DNA of 64,000 nt from Perkinsus olseni. Lineage: Eukaryota. Positions 12,166 to 24,882 of this stretch are shown one piece after another. The stretch spans positions 1-64,000 of the forward strand of contig JABANN010000091.1 of NCBI GenBank assembly GCA_013115125.1. Reading direction: 5' to 3'. The notes below the pieces were generated by a model that was given only the letters and a program-made list of their open reading frames with translations, searched no databases and was not told the DNA's origin. A program made the position numbers and the translations under genes. The stretch's first letter is position 1, and the number at the start of each line of letters is the position of its first letter.

Positions 12166-12983
12166 GAAATTCCCGCCGACGCTCAAGTCGATGTTGCTCA
12201 GCTGTTGGTCTCGAGGAAGATCACGTCAATTGGTATGATAGCGCTTCCCGACGACGAGCTGCAAAGAGCTTGCGCCCTTACTAAGCGAGAGGGCTAATTT
12301 GATTTGGTTGAAGAGCGTGGGTCGCAAGTTGCGACTCGCAACTACGGCCCAGCCCGCTCTCTCAAGAGGAAGGCCGGTGATTCTCGAGCCGAGTCTGAAC
12401 TACGCCCAGAATCGGTGGCCAGGCTGCAATCCCAGTTCAGGGCAAAATATGGCATGGCCATACCTGGCAGGGTCACGGTTGACGCTCAAATCCTGGGCAA
12501 GATCAAGAAGGACGAACTGGTGCAGGCTGCACCGTGCAGCTGACCGAATGTGATGAACCCGGCCCTCTTGCCGGTAAAAGGAGCCGAATTGTCATCGATC
12601 CGCATGGTAAATCCGTCAACATGGAGGATGTGCGTCCACCTCGAGCGGCCTATCAATGCGAAGCCGCTCATCTAGGTGCCTGCCTCACGCGCTTCTGCTT
12701 GTCGGCAGCTATGTTGGGTAAGATGAGTCCCACCGAAGCCCTTGTCTATATGGCTAGGCTTTTCGAATTGGACGAGAAGACTTCAGTCCAGGCCATAAAG
12801 TCCGCTGACTTAGGCGTGAGGCTAGAGGCCGTTCGCGGTGGTGGCGATGACTCCGATTCCCTTGGTCGCAAGTTAGCCTGCGGCCAAGCTGACATCCTGG
12901 CCGCGGCAGCCAGGCTGCCTGTCGCGCCGAAGGTCGTACCTGCACAAGGAGTGCGGCTTACATCAATTGCTTTGGGTCATTGA
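12166..12983 (+). mobile_element. degenerate gag-like ORF, possibly from a DIRS/Ngaro-type retroelement
   Basis: Intronless frame broken by a stop (TAA near 12295) and a frameshift (near 12535). ALVYMARLFELDEKTSVQAIKSADLGVRLEAVR resembles the helical motif of DIRS-type ORF1; recognition by eye only. Confidence 0.35.
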
Positions 12984-13619
12984 ACAAGAACTGTGAGCAT
13001 TCTAGTTGGTAGTGCTAGCTATACGTCTCGCGAATCCGCCATTCGGGGAGATCGGAGTAAATGGAAGCTGATACGTAGGAGGCTACCACAGAGATTCAAT
13101 GAGCCATCCTTCTTCGACATGCGAAGAGTTGGCCAGTCACTTAGCAGGTTTCTTTGTCCGGGAAACATATTCTTCTTCTTGGAGAAACTTCTTGGAGGAA
13201 TGTTGAGGTGAGTTTATGATTATATCGTATAATTTATATGACAACGAAATTCGTTGGACGAATCTATATTGGAGTTGCACATCATTGATCGTTGATCGCT
13301 TGGCCTCATGTGATAAAAAAATACTGGTCTCTCTACGGCATTTGCCGAATGGGAGTTTTTGGCTAGCGAACGGTGATCTATTGCAATGCTCACACGAATT
13401 TGTCTCATAGTGTTGCGGAAGTCATCGGGCTATCACTCTTGCAGAGCTGGATACGTTGCTAGACTGGCCTCATCCTTCTTCCTGTCCCACCCTCATCCAG
13501 CCGCGCCCGTTGCCTCCGTGAGTGTCTGGGGCTATGTGGTGTGGGCACGAGACAATGGCATCCTCGCTCCACCGGTCGAGCTGTCGTACGGATCGGTCCG
13601 ATCCGATCGGATGTCTGCG

Positions 13620-14349
13620 ATTCCGAAAAGGAGCTTGAAGTTGTTGATGAGTTAATGGACCACGCGTGGTCAGAGGGGGTGGTTACAGGCAACGCTTCGC
13701 GCCAAAGCAGCCAATGGAACAAGACTGTAAGGAAGGCACGAAACAAATAACGATTTCTCCGTAAGTCCAATGATGAACGAACTAGTCACCTGGGCTATGA
13801 TCAACGATGCCGACAGCAACGCATTGGTTCCGAGCATATCGGCTGACTCTACGACGAGGTTTACTTCGGTTCTTGACACTGTGCGACAGATCCCTGTGGG
13901 CGGACGATACTGAAGCTCTGCAATGACTAAGGTCCGAAATACTAGTAGCGGAAGTCCTCCGGCAGTGCGGCGCGGACCGAGGGAAGAAGATGACACTGCC
14001 GCCAAGAACTATCGTTAACAACGATTCGTTATCCGGTGGAACTCCGCGCATCATCCTCTGAATTGGTTCCTAGTATTGCTGACACGGAACTTGAAGACAC
14101 AGCATGTGTCACACAGGGCAAGCTGCTGTTCGCTCGTGCATGACAGGAGACTGCAAACCGCCTTTCGCACCTCATCGCCGGATTCTGAAGCTAAAAAAGT
14201 ACGATGAGGAGGTTCTGGCTTGCTTCGGCCTTCACAATTTCCAGACGATGATAAGAGACCCGGAGCCCGAACTAGACGAGGATGATGACATCATCATGAT
14301 GTGGTGGAGGAAGATTTCAGAAGGGTCGACTACGCTGCCGAAGCTATGA
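13620..14349 (+). mobile_element. hAT-family transposase relic
   Basis: Fragments TVRKARNK*RFLRKS, SADSTTRFTSVLDTVRQI (cf. hAT DxxTRWNSxxxMLxR) and EDDDIIMMWWRKISEGSTTLPKL (cf. C-terminal dimerisation domain WW..P.L) occur in the expected order, with stops and frameshifts. Confidence 0.6.
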
Positions 14350-14819
14350 CTAGCACCGGGAATCGTGACGCTCATACTTTCGAGTTCTTCGCGTGAGACT
14401 CACGCTCACTACTCAGTAGTGATCGCTAAGTTTATCAGTGTAGATCGTGAGTTCATAGTGACGGCGCTGTGGTGTGTCCCTGGGTCGGATCATGAAACCC
14501 ATGGTCATGGGTCGGATCACCCCCAGGTTACGGCTAAGGAGACTCAAGAGATACTATCAGGCCAAACGACTTCAAATGGACTCATTACGCGCCGGTATAC
14601 TCTGTTTGGTTCGAAGTGCAATCCGCTATCGGCGGCGGTGCTCTGCGGGCTTACGATGCTATCAAGCAAATCGCGATATTCACAATTCCTGAGGAATTAT
14701 TCCTCACCGTGCGGTTGTGTTCCATGTACCCTCAGTATGTTACAGCGCATTCCAGAAACCATTCGTGAACCACAACCCTCCCTCCCCACTTCGCAAAACT
14801 AACAAAAGGCAATACTCAC

Positions 14820-15600
14820 GACAGCTGAACAGTCCGAATCACGCTTTGCTCATGGGGTCTCGTTTTGGAGTAAAATACGTCGCGGTGAACTCCCGACCCT
14901 GAATTCAACTCATGTCATGCTAACACAAATACGAAAGCCTACCGGTCTCAGCCCTTTCCGATAAGCCGGATGATAGCCGAACTCTCGCTTCAGTAATTCT
15001 ATCCCTTTCCGGTGTTTGTCCCTAGCAGCATGATACTCTCCTTCGAGGAAGGACTCCATACCTGCAACGCAAGAACGAGACTTTCATAACGTCTACCATT
15101 GCTTCCACATAAGTCGCGGGCAGTACAATAAATAAGCCTGCTAGGACCACGCATCGGAAAATCCGAACAACGAGATCTTCACGGTGAAGACTAGACAACT
15201 CATCCGAAAAAATACCACAACTTTCTTATTCGGAAACTGGAGCTCTTCCCTTGATCGCATAGCAGTTTCGTGACAGCTCGGAGTAATCAGAAGTCCCCCA
15301 AGAAGCACCTCCCGAAAGAATTTTCAAGCGGCAGAAACACCTACTGTCGAATTTCTTCATGACCCCTCCCAGGGATGCCTCGCTGCTCATGGAGGCTACG
15401 AATGACTCGCACCGATCGATCTCCTGTTGCAGCTTGGCCCGGTGCCTGGAATAAAACAGCTTCACGACATCTATCGCTCACGGCCAGAAAGTTCCCATGC
15501 AGTCTTGCGAGTGTTAGCAGAATCAGTGTTCCCCGTCCACCTCTCCGCGTGCCAGGAAAGCTCTTCTCAGCAATTCACTGTAAAATCACATTCAAGAAAA
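14820..15600 (-). CDS. hypothetical multi-exon gene, boundaries uncertain
   Basis: Several short AG..GT-bounded open segments, e.g. HRAKLQQEIDRCESFVASMSSEASLGGVMKKFDS. No family recognised. Confidence 0.3.
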
Positions 15601-17149
15601 CGATTCCGAAGTATATCCAACTCATGTGCGAAATAACGCTTTCCCTTGACATCAAAAGCAACCGACAGTCGCCAAGAAAAATTTTCAAACTTCCCGAGCG
15701 AACCACTAGAAACGCCCTCACTTTTGTAGGTGAGCTAGGTGTCGCCGCATGTCCTTCAATCCAGCCTCGTCCGTCCGGATCTCACTCCGTAGCTGCTGCA
15801 GTTGGCCCTCGAGCGAGCCCGTTATATTCGCACACTCGCCTAAAGACCATGTTCAACAGATCTTAATATAAACATTATGTTATTAATTGATACTAAGAGC
15901 AATGTATTACGATAACTCAAGATACTATCAATCTACTTTTTGTCTAGTCATCTAGTGTAGATATGTCTAGTGTATACATGTAATCATATATATAAATACA
16001 CATTCGAGTAAAGTGCTGTTTTTCGCAGTAAAAATCGCGCTGTGAAATGCGAAAGGTGTTTTGCACTAGCGTTTACCATATCGCGGGTGAAGCCCCAATG
16101 AGGTGGAGAGCAAAAAGTCTCATGACATTTCCCTAAGATTGATCCAAGCACGGATACCAACGGAACCGACAAATAGCCCCCATTCGCTGGCGTCTAGCTC
16201 TCCACCTAAGGGCAGTTAATATCACCTCCTGTCTTCTTCATTAGCGTACCGAGACTTGCAGATTTACGCAGCAGCGCTTTCCGTACCTACAAATACTCAA
16301 CATTCCAAACGCGCCAACGACAGACTTCGACTCAAGAGGTCGAAATGCTGTATAACGAGCGCGAAGATGCGGGCCGGTTGGTGATATAGTCAATTCGTCG
16401 ACTGCGACGACCGACAGCCAATGGCCGCTAGCCTCTGATTATCAGAGTCTGATACCCTTCTACTGGCTATTTCACCACATCAGGCCAGAAAATTCCGAAC
16501 CTCAAGTAAGGTAGTTGTGTTCAAGCCACGTAAGTCTGGTTTCCCCATCTTCGTTGCACTGCCTCGCACGAAGATCGATCCACTAATCGACTCCTTGCTA
16601 AGCTTCACCCTAGCGTGTGTTTTTCGACGTAGAACCGCCAATTGCACAGAAGAATCAAGAAGCCTTCGAGGCATTGCTCCTAAGACCATCCCTGCTCTCG
16701 TTCCGGGACCCAGACCGACAACCGGAACCCGGATTCTCGTAACAGCATCGTAGAGACAAGTCTAGCGGAAAAAGCCCTGATACAACTCATTTTCATCCCG
16801 AAATCTTGGATGAAAATAAGGCGCCAGTAAAATTGAGGGAAAATGGCCCGTCCCCTATCACCTCAAATCCCGCTACACTGGATGTCGGTATCGGACCATC
16901 GTTACCGCTGTGACTAGACATGGACGTAAACAACAACTAACACAACCCTCCCAAGGATACTCGGCGCGCTCTACCTAAAACCTCAAGTGTATGTGAGCTT
17001 CGTACCACACCTTCACCAAATCACCAACACAAGGCTCTACAACAGTGCTACTCGAAGCTGTGTGTGTTGGAACTACTAGTAGTGAAGCGATGATCGTAGC
17101 AATGATGGCGATAAGTCGACGGACAGCATCATCCCGCCTCAGGTTCTCC

Positions 17150-20100
17150 TCAAGATTGTTCGGGCTGAAAAAGCAAGTTGCAATGAAATCGATCACGCGA
17201 TCGATTATCCCTCCTTACGACGTGATAGTTTTCGAGTGGTTTGAAGTAGGGATGCAGCATAGCCTCCTTTGGTAGGATACGCGTTGCATGATCGTACCGC
17301 AGCATCTTGTCCAGCAGATCAATGAACTCATTCGACACCTAAAAATCACGGGAAAAATAAATATAAATGAGGCGTTTAATAAACCAATCCTGAAACTCGG
17401 CAACGAGCCCGGAACCGTCGTTGACGTGTAGAAAGCAATTCCAACAGCGAGACTGAACTACACGAGTATCTTATCGAACCGTGGGCAAGGCAGGGTACTA
17501 TAACATCAATGTTACAAAACCGAAAACAATCCCCTGGTCAATACTCATAGTGAAAGTAACTTAATAATTAACATTTTCATGAACGGATTCTTTAAGAATC
17601 CGTTCATGAAAATACTAACTCTTAACAGATTCTTAACACGGAGAATCCGTGTTAAGAATCATTCTTATTGAATGTTTCCGTTAACAAGCCAAAAACGGCA
17701 ATTCGCCAACACGACTTGAGCCCTCACCAAGTGCTGGTTCTCTGCTGTGATGAACTTCTGCCAAGGCTTCCGAGGGTGCCTCCCTAGGATATCGTCAAAG
17801 TTAGGATCTAGGTCTGAAAAGAATACAACTTGTCCGGATCGAACCCACAACCTTTCGACTACTAGCAGGGGCCGATAACCATCACACCACAACTCCCCTC
17901 CTACCTAGGTCGTACTTGTCTAAGTACTCAAACAGCTCATCTGTTCCCAACACGCGCGCGATCTTCACCAATTGATCATAGTTGTCATGGCCTGAGCACA
18001 CCGAGACTGCACAATCACACTAAGATACTCCTAACCACCGAGAAGCGGTCTTAATGAGGTAATACATTGAATATAGGATTTAAGTACTTCTACGAACCAT
18101 CCAAGCGACGCCACTCACAACAAGTTTCCGAATCTCGCCGGGCCTTTGACAGACAGCCAGCCAAAGATTTCGAGGACCCTCCCACAATCATCTTCTACGC
18201 ATTCCTGCAATGCGGGAGAGGCAGCGGTCTATTGACCGCCCCCCCCCCAACGATCAACTTCTACCATCTCCCTCAAGACTTCTTCCCTTCCAGCTCACCA
18301 TGGAAGAACGGTTCTCGCCTAAACGTCATCCCGGCAAGCATGCACCCGAGACTCCACATATCGAGAGAATAGTCGTAGGTTTGAAGATCCACCAACAACT
18401 CAGGTCCCTTGTAGTATCTACCAGCAAGACCAACCTCCACAAGTTCGATGCTCGAGTGCTATTCAGAACTAGGCCAACTGTGATCCTTCCAGACTCGCAA
18501 CGCTGCAGGGAGAGTGAATCTCTTATACCAAATTTTCCCCTAATCACAGCAGACCAATACCGACCTCTAGGAAGGAAACTTTTGTAAACACGTACGGGTT
18601 GCGCCCTCCACCACAGCCATCGAAATTGAATTCGCGGCCCGTAACCGCTACTACCTGCTGGCCACTCGGACGTTGTATTCTCTATGAGGATGGTAGAACT
18701 CTGCTAGGCCCCAATCGATCAAACGCAGCTTGCGATGGGCATGATCTGAGAAAAAATACACACAAAATGCAACATGCCGGGATCGAACCGGGGACCTACC
18801 GATCATAATGTTATGTGGCTTCACATCTCTGTGAATTATACCTTGAGAGTGGCAGAAGTCCAAGGCCTTCAATATCTCCCGCATGTAGTATCTGATGCAA
18901 TTGGCGCTCGCCATTTTAATCGATATTCATCCCTCAGCAGGATCCCACCTGATGTCCATGTCCGTTAGAGTCGGGTAGAGAGTTTTGAAGTCGGTGTTGT
19001 CAACATACTCGAAGACCTGAGCGAACCAAGGAGGACAAAATCAGTAGCAGTGATCGAACTGAGCGCTTCTCACGGTGCTGCTGAGTCCAAAGGAGCACTC
19101 ATTCTACTCACAGTACGAAAACACGGTTATGATGAAGACCATGGCCAAACAACACAGGCACTCCCTCGGACAATTTCATCGACATGTCGATCGTTATGAC
19201 GATCCAGACTGTTATCATGATCACCATGGCTAAGGGATGAGCGGACAGGACAGATGGCGCGCCTCAAGGCTCTAGACAACTGCTCGAAACGGCAGGTACT
19301 GAGCTACACCCCAGCCTGGTGGGAGTCCGAATATGAGAGCAACACATTTCCTACTATGAGAACAGTATGATAACAGTTTTGATACAGAATCATTATTATG
19401 ATGATTTTATGATAACAGGACACCCATCGCCAAGTTCGAAACCCTGTCCAATGGTCAGTCTACATAGCGGCCGAATTCAAGAGTTAAGGAAAGCCGCATC
19501 TCTCTTCCCAACCATCAGAAGTAGTTCCGATCGACAAAGTAATGATTTCTTACCAGACTTGGTGTCTTCGAGTTCGGGTCCCTCACAACATCATACAGCT
19601 CAACCACGTTAGTCCCCCCGCAAAGATTCTGCAAGATCTTGATCTCGCGCTTGATCTTCTTCTTCTTCACTGGCTTGAGAATTTTTATGACACACTTCTC
19701 GCCAGTCGGCACGCGGATTCCTGACAATTCAGCGGAGCTGCGGCGGGTCGGGCGAGTGAGGGAAGCCACTACTACCCTCGAAAACCTCAGAGTACTTCCC
19801 GCGCCCTATTTTTCGAATTACTTCGTAATTATCTTGGTTCCTGAGGAAGACCGATCATCCACAAAGAGAGGAGAGAACAATCATTTCGAAGTGAAACACA
19901 GGACGAGGTGCTCATTAAACTCTACTACGTCGGCCAGCCAGTTAGGACTGATACCACTTCAGGAGACAGGCGCGTCTCGAATGACGACAAAGTTGTGGCT
20001 TCGCGCTCTAGTGACAAAATTCTTTCGAGCACGCTACCATACAACGCCACGATCTATGAAATCTTCCTTAAAGAACCAGCGACCATTATTGCCTTTTTAC

Positions 20101-20443
20101 GAGTTGCATGCAGCGAACTTCGACGGATAGAATTTCGCTGGTTCAGTATCATCAGTGAGCACGATCTCCTACTCCCCTTAGCTTCGAGAAAAATCCTCCC
20201 ACGGAAAAATATAAAATATTTAAAGATATTTTCATTGTCCGGAGGAACCTTGGATATTTTTATTACCCCCAGTTGACGGTGAGGGCTTCATAATCCCAGT
20301 ACTCCTTGGGTCGCTTCTCATTCACATCCGCATAGTAGCGAGGTAAAGCTTGAGCTGCATTAGCTACACAGAAGGGAAACCATCCGACCTGTTTTGTATC
20401 TTACACGCTTGAAGCTAAGATACCTACCTGTTAATTCGGTCAT
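17150..20443 (-). CDS. CK2A: casein kinase II catalytic (alpha) subunit, about 11 exons
   Basis: [125 protein letters not shown]. Confidence 0.97.
17573..17660. repeat. two adjacent perfect palindromes in a CK2 intron
   Basis: 17573-17613 has 20-bp arms and a 1-nt centre; 17628-17660 has 15-bp arms and a GAA loop. Confidence 0.9.
17824..17898 (-). pseudogene. decayed near-full-length tRNA-like sequence filling CK2 intron 17814-17904
   Basis: GGGAGTTGTGGTGTGATGGTTATC (A-box/D-arm-like) ... GAAAGGTTGTGGGTTCGATCC (variable loop and B-box). Confidence 0.55.
18768..18799 (-). pseudogene. tRNA 3' half forming the 5' end of CK2 intron 18746-18799
   Basis: The intron begins GTAGGTCCCCGGTTCGATCCCGGCATGTTGCA-TTTT. 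Confidence 0.7.
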
Positions 20444-23400
20444 CGGTGAAGTAGTAAAGTACCTTCCTTTTTTCTTCCTTTCAGTGCGAGTATTCGAAAC
20501 GTTCAAGCTAGTTGACAGGAAGCGTTGACTTCCAGCACACAAAGATCGAACTTGGCTTGAACGAAAGAGCGATAAAGCAGAGGGTAGACGAGTACTGCCA
20601 CAGAAAAGCTTTCGGATGGTAGATCGGCTAGCACTCTGCAGAATAAGGGTCCCCGCTCGACGACGACGACAAGGGAAGGGGAGAAGAAGGGGAGAACAAC
20701 AACACCCTAGAAGCAGGCACAGTAGCAATCACTGGCGGTGTGGACTACCCTACTGCCTCTGCAGTAATGCTATCGAAATTTGGTATGACGGGTAGAAGAC
20801 GATCCTGGAAGGGCTCTGGAAACTCTATATATTAAACGCCCAGGGAACTTCAAGACACCACTCCCTCCTCCCGACGCCAGTAGAAGCTCGATACTGGCTT
20901 ACCCGTCACCGGGCTCTCTTACTCAAGGGGAGATCGTCCCTGTGCCGATAATAAGAAGTTCATAAAGGGGGGGGGCGCCCCTAGAATTGAATACAACGCG
21001 AAGAAGACGGTCCTGGGAGAGCGCTTAAATCTCAGGAGAGGTCGTCTATTCAACGCTCGAGAGAAGCCTCAGAGATGCCCAGAGAACCCCACACTTCCGT
21101 CGAACCTACAGGCGCTCCAATTTGGTACGAAAGTCGCTTCGCTATCGGACTCGAGCAGAAACCTTCTGTTATCTAAAGGGGGAAGTTAGAAAAGTAGAAA
21201 TTACCGCGGTTTGAGAAAAGTTTGTCAAACCTCCCCTCCGGACGTAAAAACGAGGGGTGGCGCTACTGTCATCTCGAAGCCTCGGTGTTGATACTCGCCG
21301 TGCTGCTGTGGCCACTAGGACAAGGTCTGAGAAGCAGCCCCTCGCCGCCCGTTCGGACTTTAAGTGAACCTCGGCGGCTGAGGACTCTGAATGCAGCTCA
21401 GATTCTGAGTTGATTTTGAAACTCAGTATCAATTCTGGAATTGATTTGTGCTCGAAGACAGCGGTACCAGGATCGAGTCCAAGCTTTAAAATTGGCGTCT
21501 TGGACTCCTTATATGAGGACCGGCATGAGAGTGTTCCTCACCCAATGCGGAAGCGTTGAGGAAATGTAAGGGAGCAAGATTTGCTAGTTTGGACTTACCA
21601 CCGATGTGCATCGCTGACAAGTGTGATGGCCACATTTAAGACTCCAGTCCTCGATTCGCTGGAAGGGTCGGATTACGGTCACGAAAAAGGTGAGAGGAAT
21701 CAGGTGGTACACAACTTGACCTATTTTGAATCTTGCAAGGATCAACCTTGATCCGCAAAGATTCCCCGCACGCATGTCGGCTCATATCCACCTCTCCCTC
21801 CCATTACAATTACGGCGTATCTTTTCAAGCTGGTCGTATCCAAGTAAGGTCGACCTTCCCGTATCTTTCCCTTCAGGTGGCCGCAGTCTCTCCCTCGACT
21901 CCGAAGAGTCATCCGTCATTTGCGACGTCCCTCCCCGAAGATCCAAGAGCGACACCAACTGGTTAGCCTCACCCATATCTTCCTCTCTTCAACCTAAGAT
22001 TCTCTTCCCTCAGTTCAACAGCCGCCGCTCTCTCCAAAAGCACCATCGACGCCGAAAAGCACTATCACAGCTGCCTCGACGACTCCCCCGTACTCTCCCT
22101 CTTCCCTAGAGGACTTCTTCACTGCCGCTGTCCTCAGGTTCATCCTGACTGGTCTAGCCGCCCAGAGCTGCACCCCGACTCACGTTGGTGCGAACGAGCG
22201 ATCAACGCCCCTTGCTTTACTCCGACATCCATATGGACTCCAACGGTCGCTGACAGCGCTTCTACAGTAGGCCCTCCAGCTCCGGTCAGTAAAACAATTC
22301 TGAAACTCAGAATCTGGGCTTGGTCACTACCCGTAAAATGCGGTTCTAAGTTTCACAAAATGTCTATCGGACGGTCCTTGTGAGAGGCTCTCGAGCTCTT
22401 TCCCGCTCGGTGTCAGGACGAGTACCAGCCACGCTATTACGGCGAAGTTGATGCCCATCCACACCTGCACAGAAGACGCCCTTCGAACCCACCCCCGACC
22501 CTCTCTGAAGGTAAGCGCCTTAAGACTGCTAGCGAGGGTGATGTTGCTTCCAGGTGGCGGTGGATACATGTACTACAGCGCCGTACGCACGCCCGCTCAA
22601 TCCAGCTTGCCATCTCCGTTGAACTGCACGACCCCTAGCGGCGCGGCATCTACATCAGGAGCAGCGGCTAGCCGGAATAAGACGCCGCTTTACATAAGTG
22701 ACCATTTGCCGGATGTCGTCGCTTCGCCTGGCGAGGCACGCCAGGACGACTCTCATGAGATCAGCCGTAAGCGGATCGGAAATTTCCCAGTCGAAGCTTT
22801 CGCTATTTGTCAGGTTTCCGTGGTCAGCTGTACCAACTAGGCGTCCGTGACTCGCAAGAGCAGCTGGTCACAGCCCGATTGCTAATCAGCACCGCTAGAG
22901 GGATCGATGAGCTGTCGCGAAGGCTTGGCAAACCCGTCGTCGGGGAGTTGGTGCAGCTTCTCCTTGCTGAGAGAGCTGCGGGAGAAGGAGTAAGCTTATT
23001 TTTGATTTTTAACAGTAGGCCTTCAACGCTTTTGATACGCTGTAGTGCGTTTTTAGCGCTCCCGATAGATACACTTTAACTTTCGACACGCTTTGACGAG
23101 AATAACTCTCGAAATAAGTTTCATTCGTAACAGTTTCGAAATTGGTATTAATAATTGTCAGTGACCCAAGTAATTGAACAATTCTTGAAGCAGGATATTG
23201 ATATTTTTTTCAAAGGAGTATTCGTCGTTCGAGAGAGCCTGCAGGTGCCTTTCCAGTCGATCGTCACCTTCACCTAGAAAAGGGCATATTTTTCGCGAAA
23301 TATCTACCCGGAAATTTTCCGATTTCTAAGTTTGTCCGACTGTTCTTCAATTGGCATGCTGGAAATTTCCGTGGCGTTTTCTGGGAGTGTCGCGGACTCC

Positions 23401-24406
23401 TCATTTTTCGGTTCATTTTCGGCAACCCCTGAGGAGTTTCATTTTTTCCGGCAAAGCGCACCGAGTCTTCTGCTGTTTTTGCCTTAACCTTGTCGTTAAG
23501 AAACCCTCCGCTGCCATACAAATAGATGTATCTTTGCAAATTCTGTCACTTGCATGCTTGGACCTCGGATATTCTCTATTCGTGCTTTCCTTCTTCTCAG
23601 TCATCCTCGAATATCGAGTCCACACCATCAACAGCAGATGAAGAGCTTCTCCCAGTCGGGCTTCTTGAGATTGAGTGACGATGGTGGTCGTATTTACGAA
23701 GTACCACAGTTGACTTATGCTTTAATGCTACCCTCACTGCTACTGCTGTTACCCTCAAGACTCGTTCTCGTTATCATCTTCAATCCCGAAATCTCGTATT
23801 CGTCAGTTGCCCGTCGATGTGCCAATTTGTGAAGTAGTTCAGTAGAAGGAGGAAGGTGTTTGCAATAGTCGTAGCAGTCGTGACTTTCACCTAGCAGTCT
23901 TCATGAACACTTCTGCTGTTACTGTTCGTTTTCCTCTGATTTGAGAAAGGTATGGTATGGCCTCCTGTTGCAAGGCGCCCATAAGTCCTTCTGGGTCGAT
24001 AGGTGCAACGCGAGATGAGTACGAATGAATAGTCGCTATTTGTATATCCTGCTGGACGTTTGTGTCCGAAGTCGTCGTAGTAGCATTGAAAAAGGAAGAA
24101 AAGATCTTAATTTGGTTCACAGCGTGATTGTCATCTAAGTCCTGATGATGCAGTCGACCGTCCTTATCGAACTACCGCTAGTACCATCATCGTGCATTGT
24201 AAATTTTCAACATAGTGGAAGTAGCAAACTCGTCATCAACGCGAAAACAACAACAATGGAATATTATTCCCACGTTTCCGCTTCTTCGTTGCTTGTGTTG
24301 AAGTATCATGGCCGGGGATACTTGTTGCATTTCGACATCAACATCACACGCAAGCCGGCTATTGAAGCACGGGCAGTTCTGCAGCTGTAGTGTGTGTGAG
24401 CTTGAA

Positions 24407-24545
24407 GTCCAACGCCAACGGCAGTACAGCTTAGTTAGACTAGCATCACCGATGCACCATCTGAGGGGGATTAGTTCAGCCTGTTACATAGACCCTGTTC
24501 ATCAAGCCAAGGGATGATGCTCTCGGAACGAGGTCATCGTCAGCT
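24407..24545 (-). repeat. dispersed duplication; inverted copy at about 63862-64000
   Basis: GATGACCTCGTTCCGAGAG..GATGAACAGGGTCTATGTAACAGGCTGAACTAATCCCCCTCAGATGGTGCATCGGTGATGCTAGTCTAACTAAG is shared with few substitutions. Confidence 0.9.
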
Positions 24546-24882
24546 GCGGAGCTTATTCATTTTCATCTGTACCACCAGGCACACGTGCTTCCCAAGACTA
24601 GCAATACTTACTACTCAACACCTCACGAGATTCTACTAAGAACATCAATATCACATAAAACGACGCAGCGGGGCCCACACTTTGAAATATCCAAGGTCGA
24701 GCCCCGATCAACAACAGGACCTCGACAATTAAACCTGATGTACACCAGGGAACAACTTAGCTGCTCGAGGATGGTCTATCAACCATAAACTCTCGGACCT
24801 CCACGACTAGCGATAAAATTGACTTCACCGAATGGCACCAACTTTACATCGGCGTTAAAACAATAATTAAAGGACTCGGAAA

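Noticed and set aside
22600-23000. Second gag-like fragment
   Set aside because: Too short and degenerate to assign.
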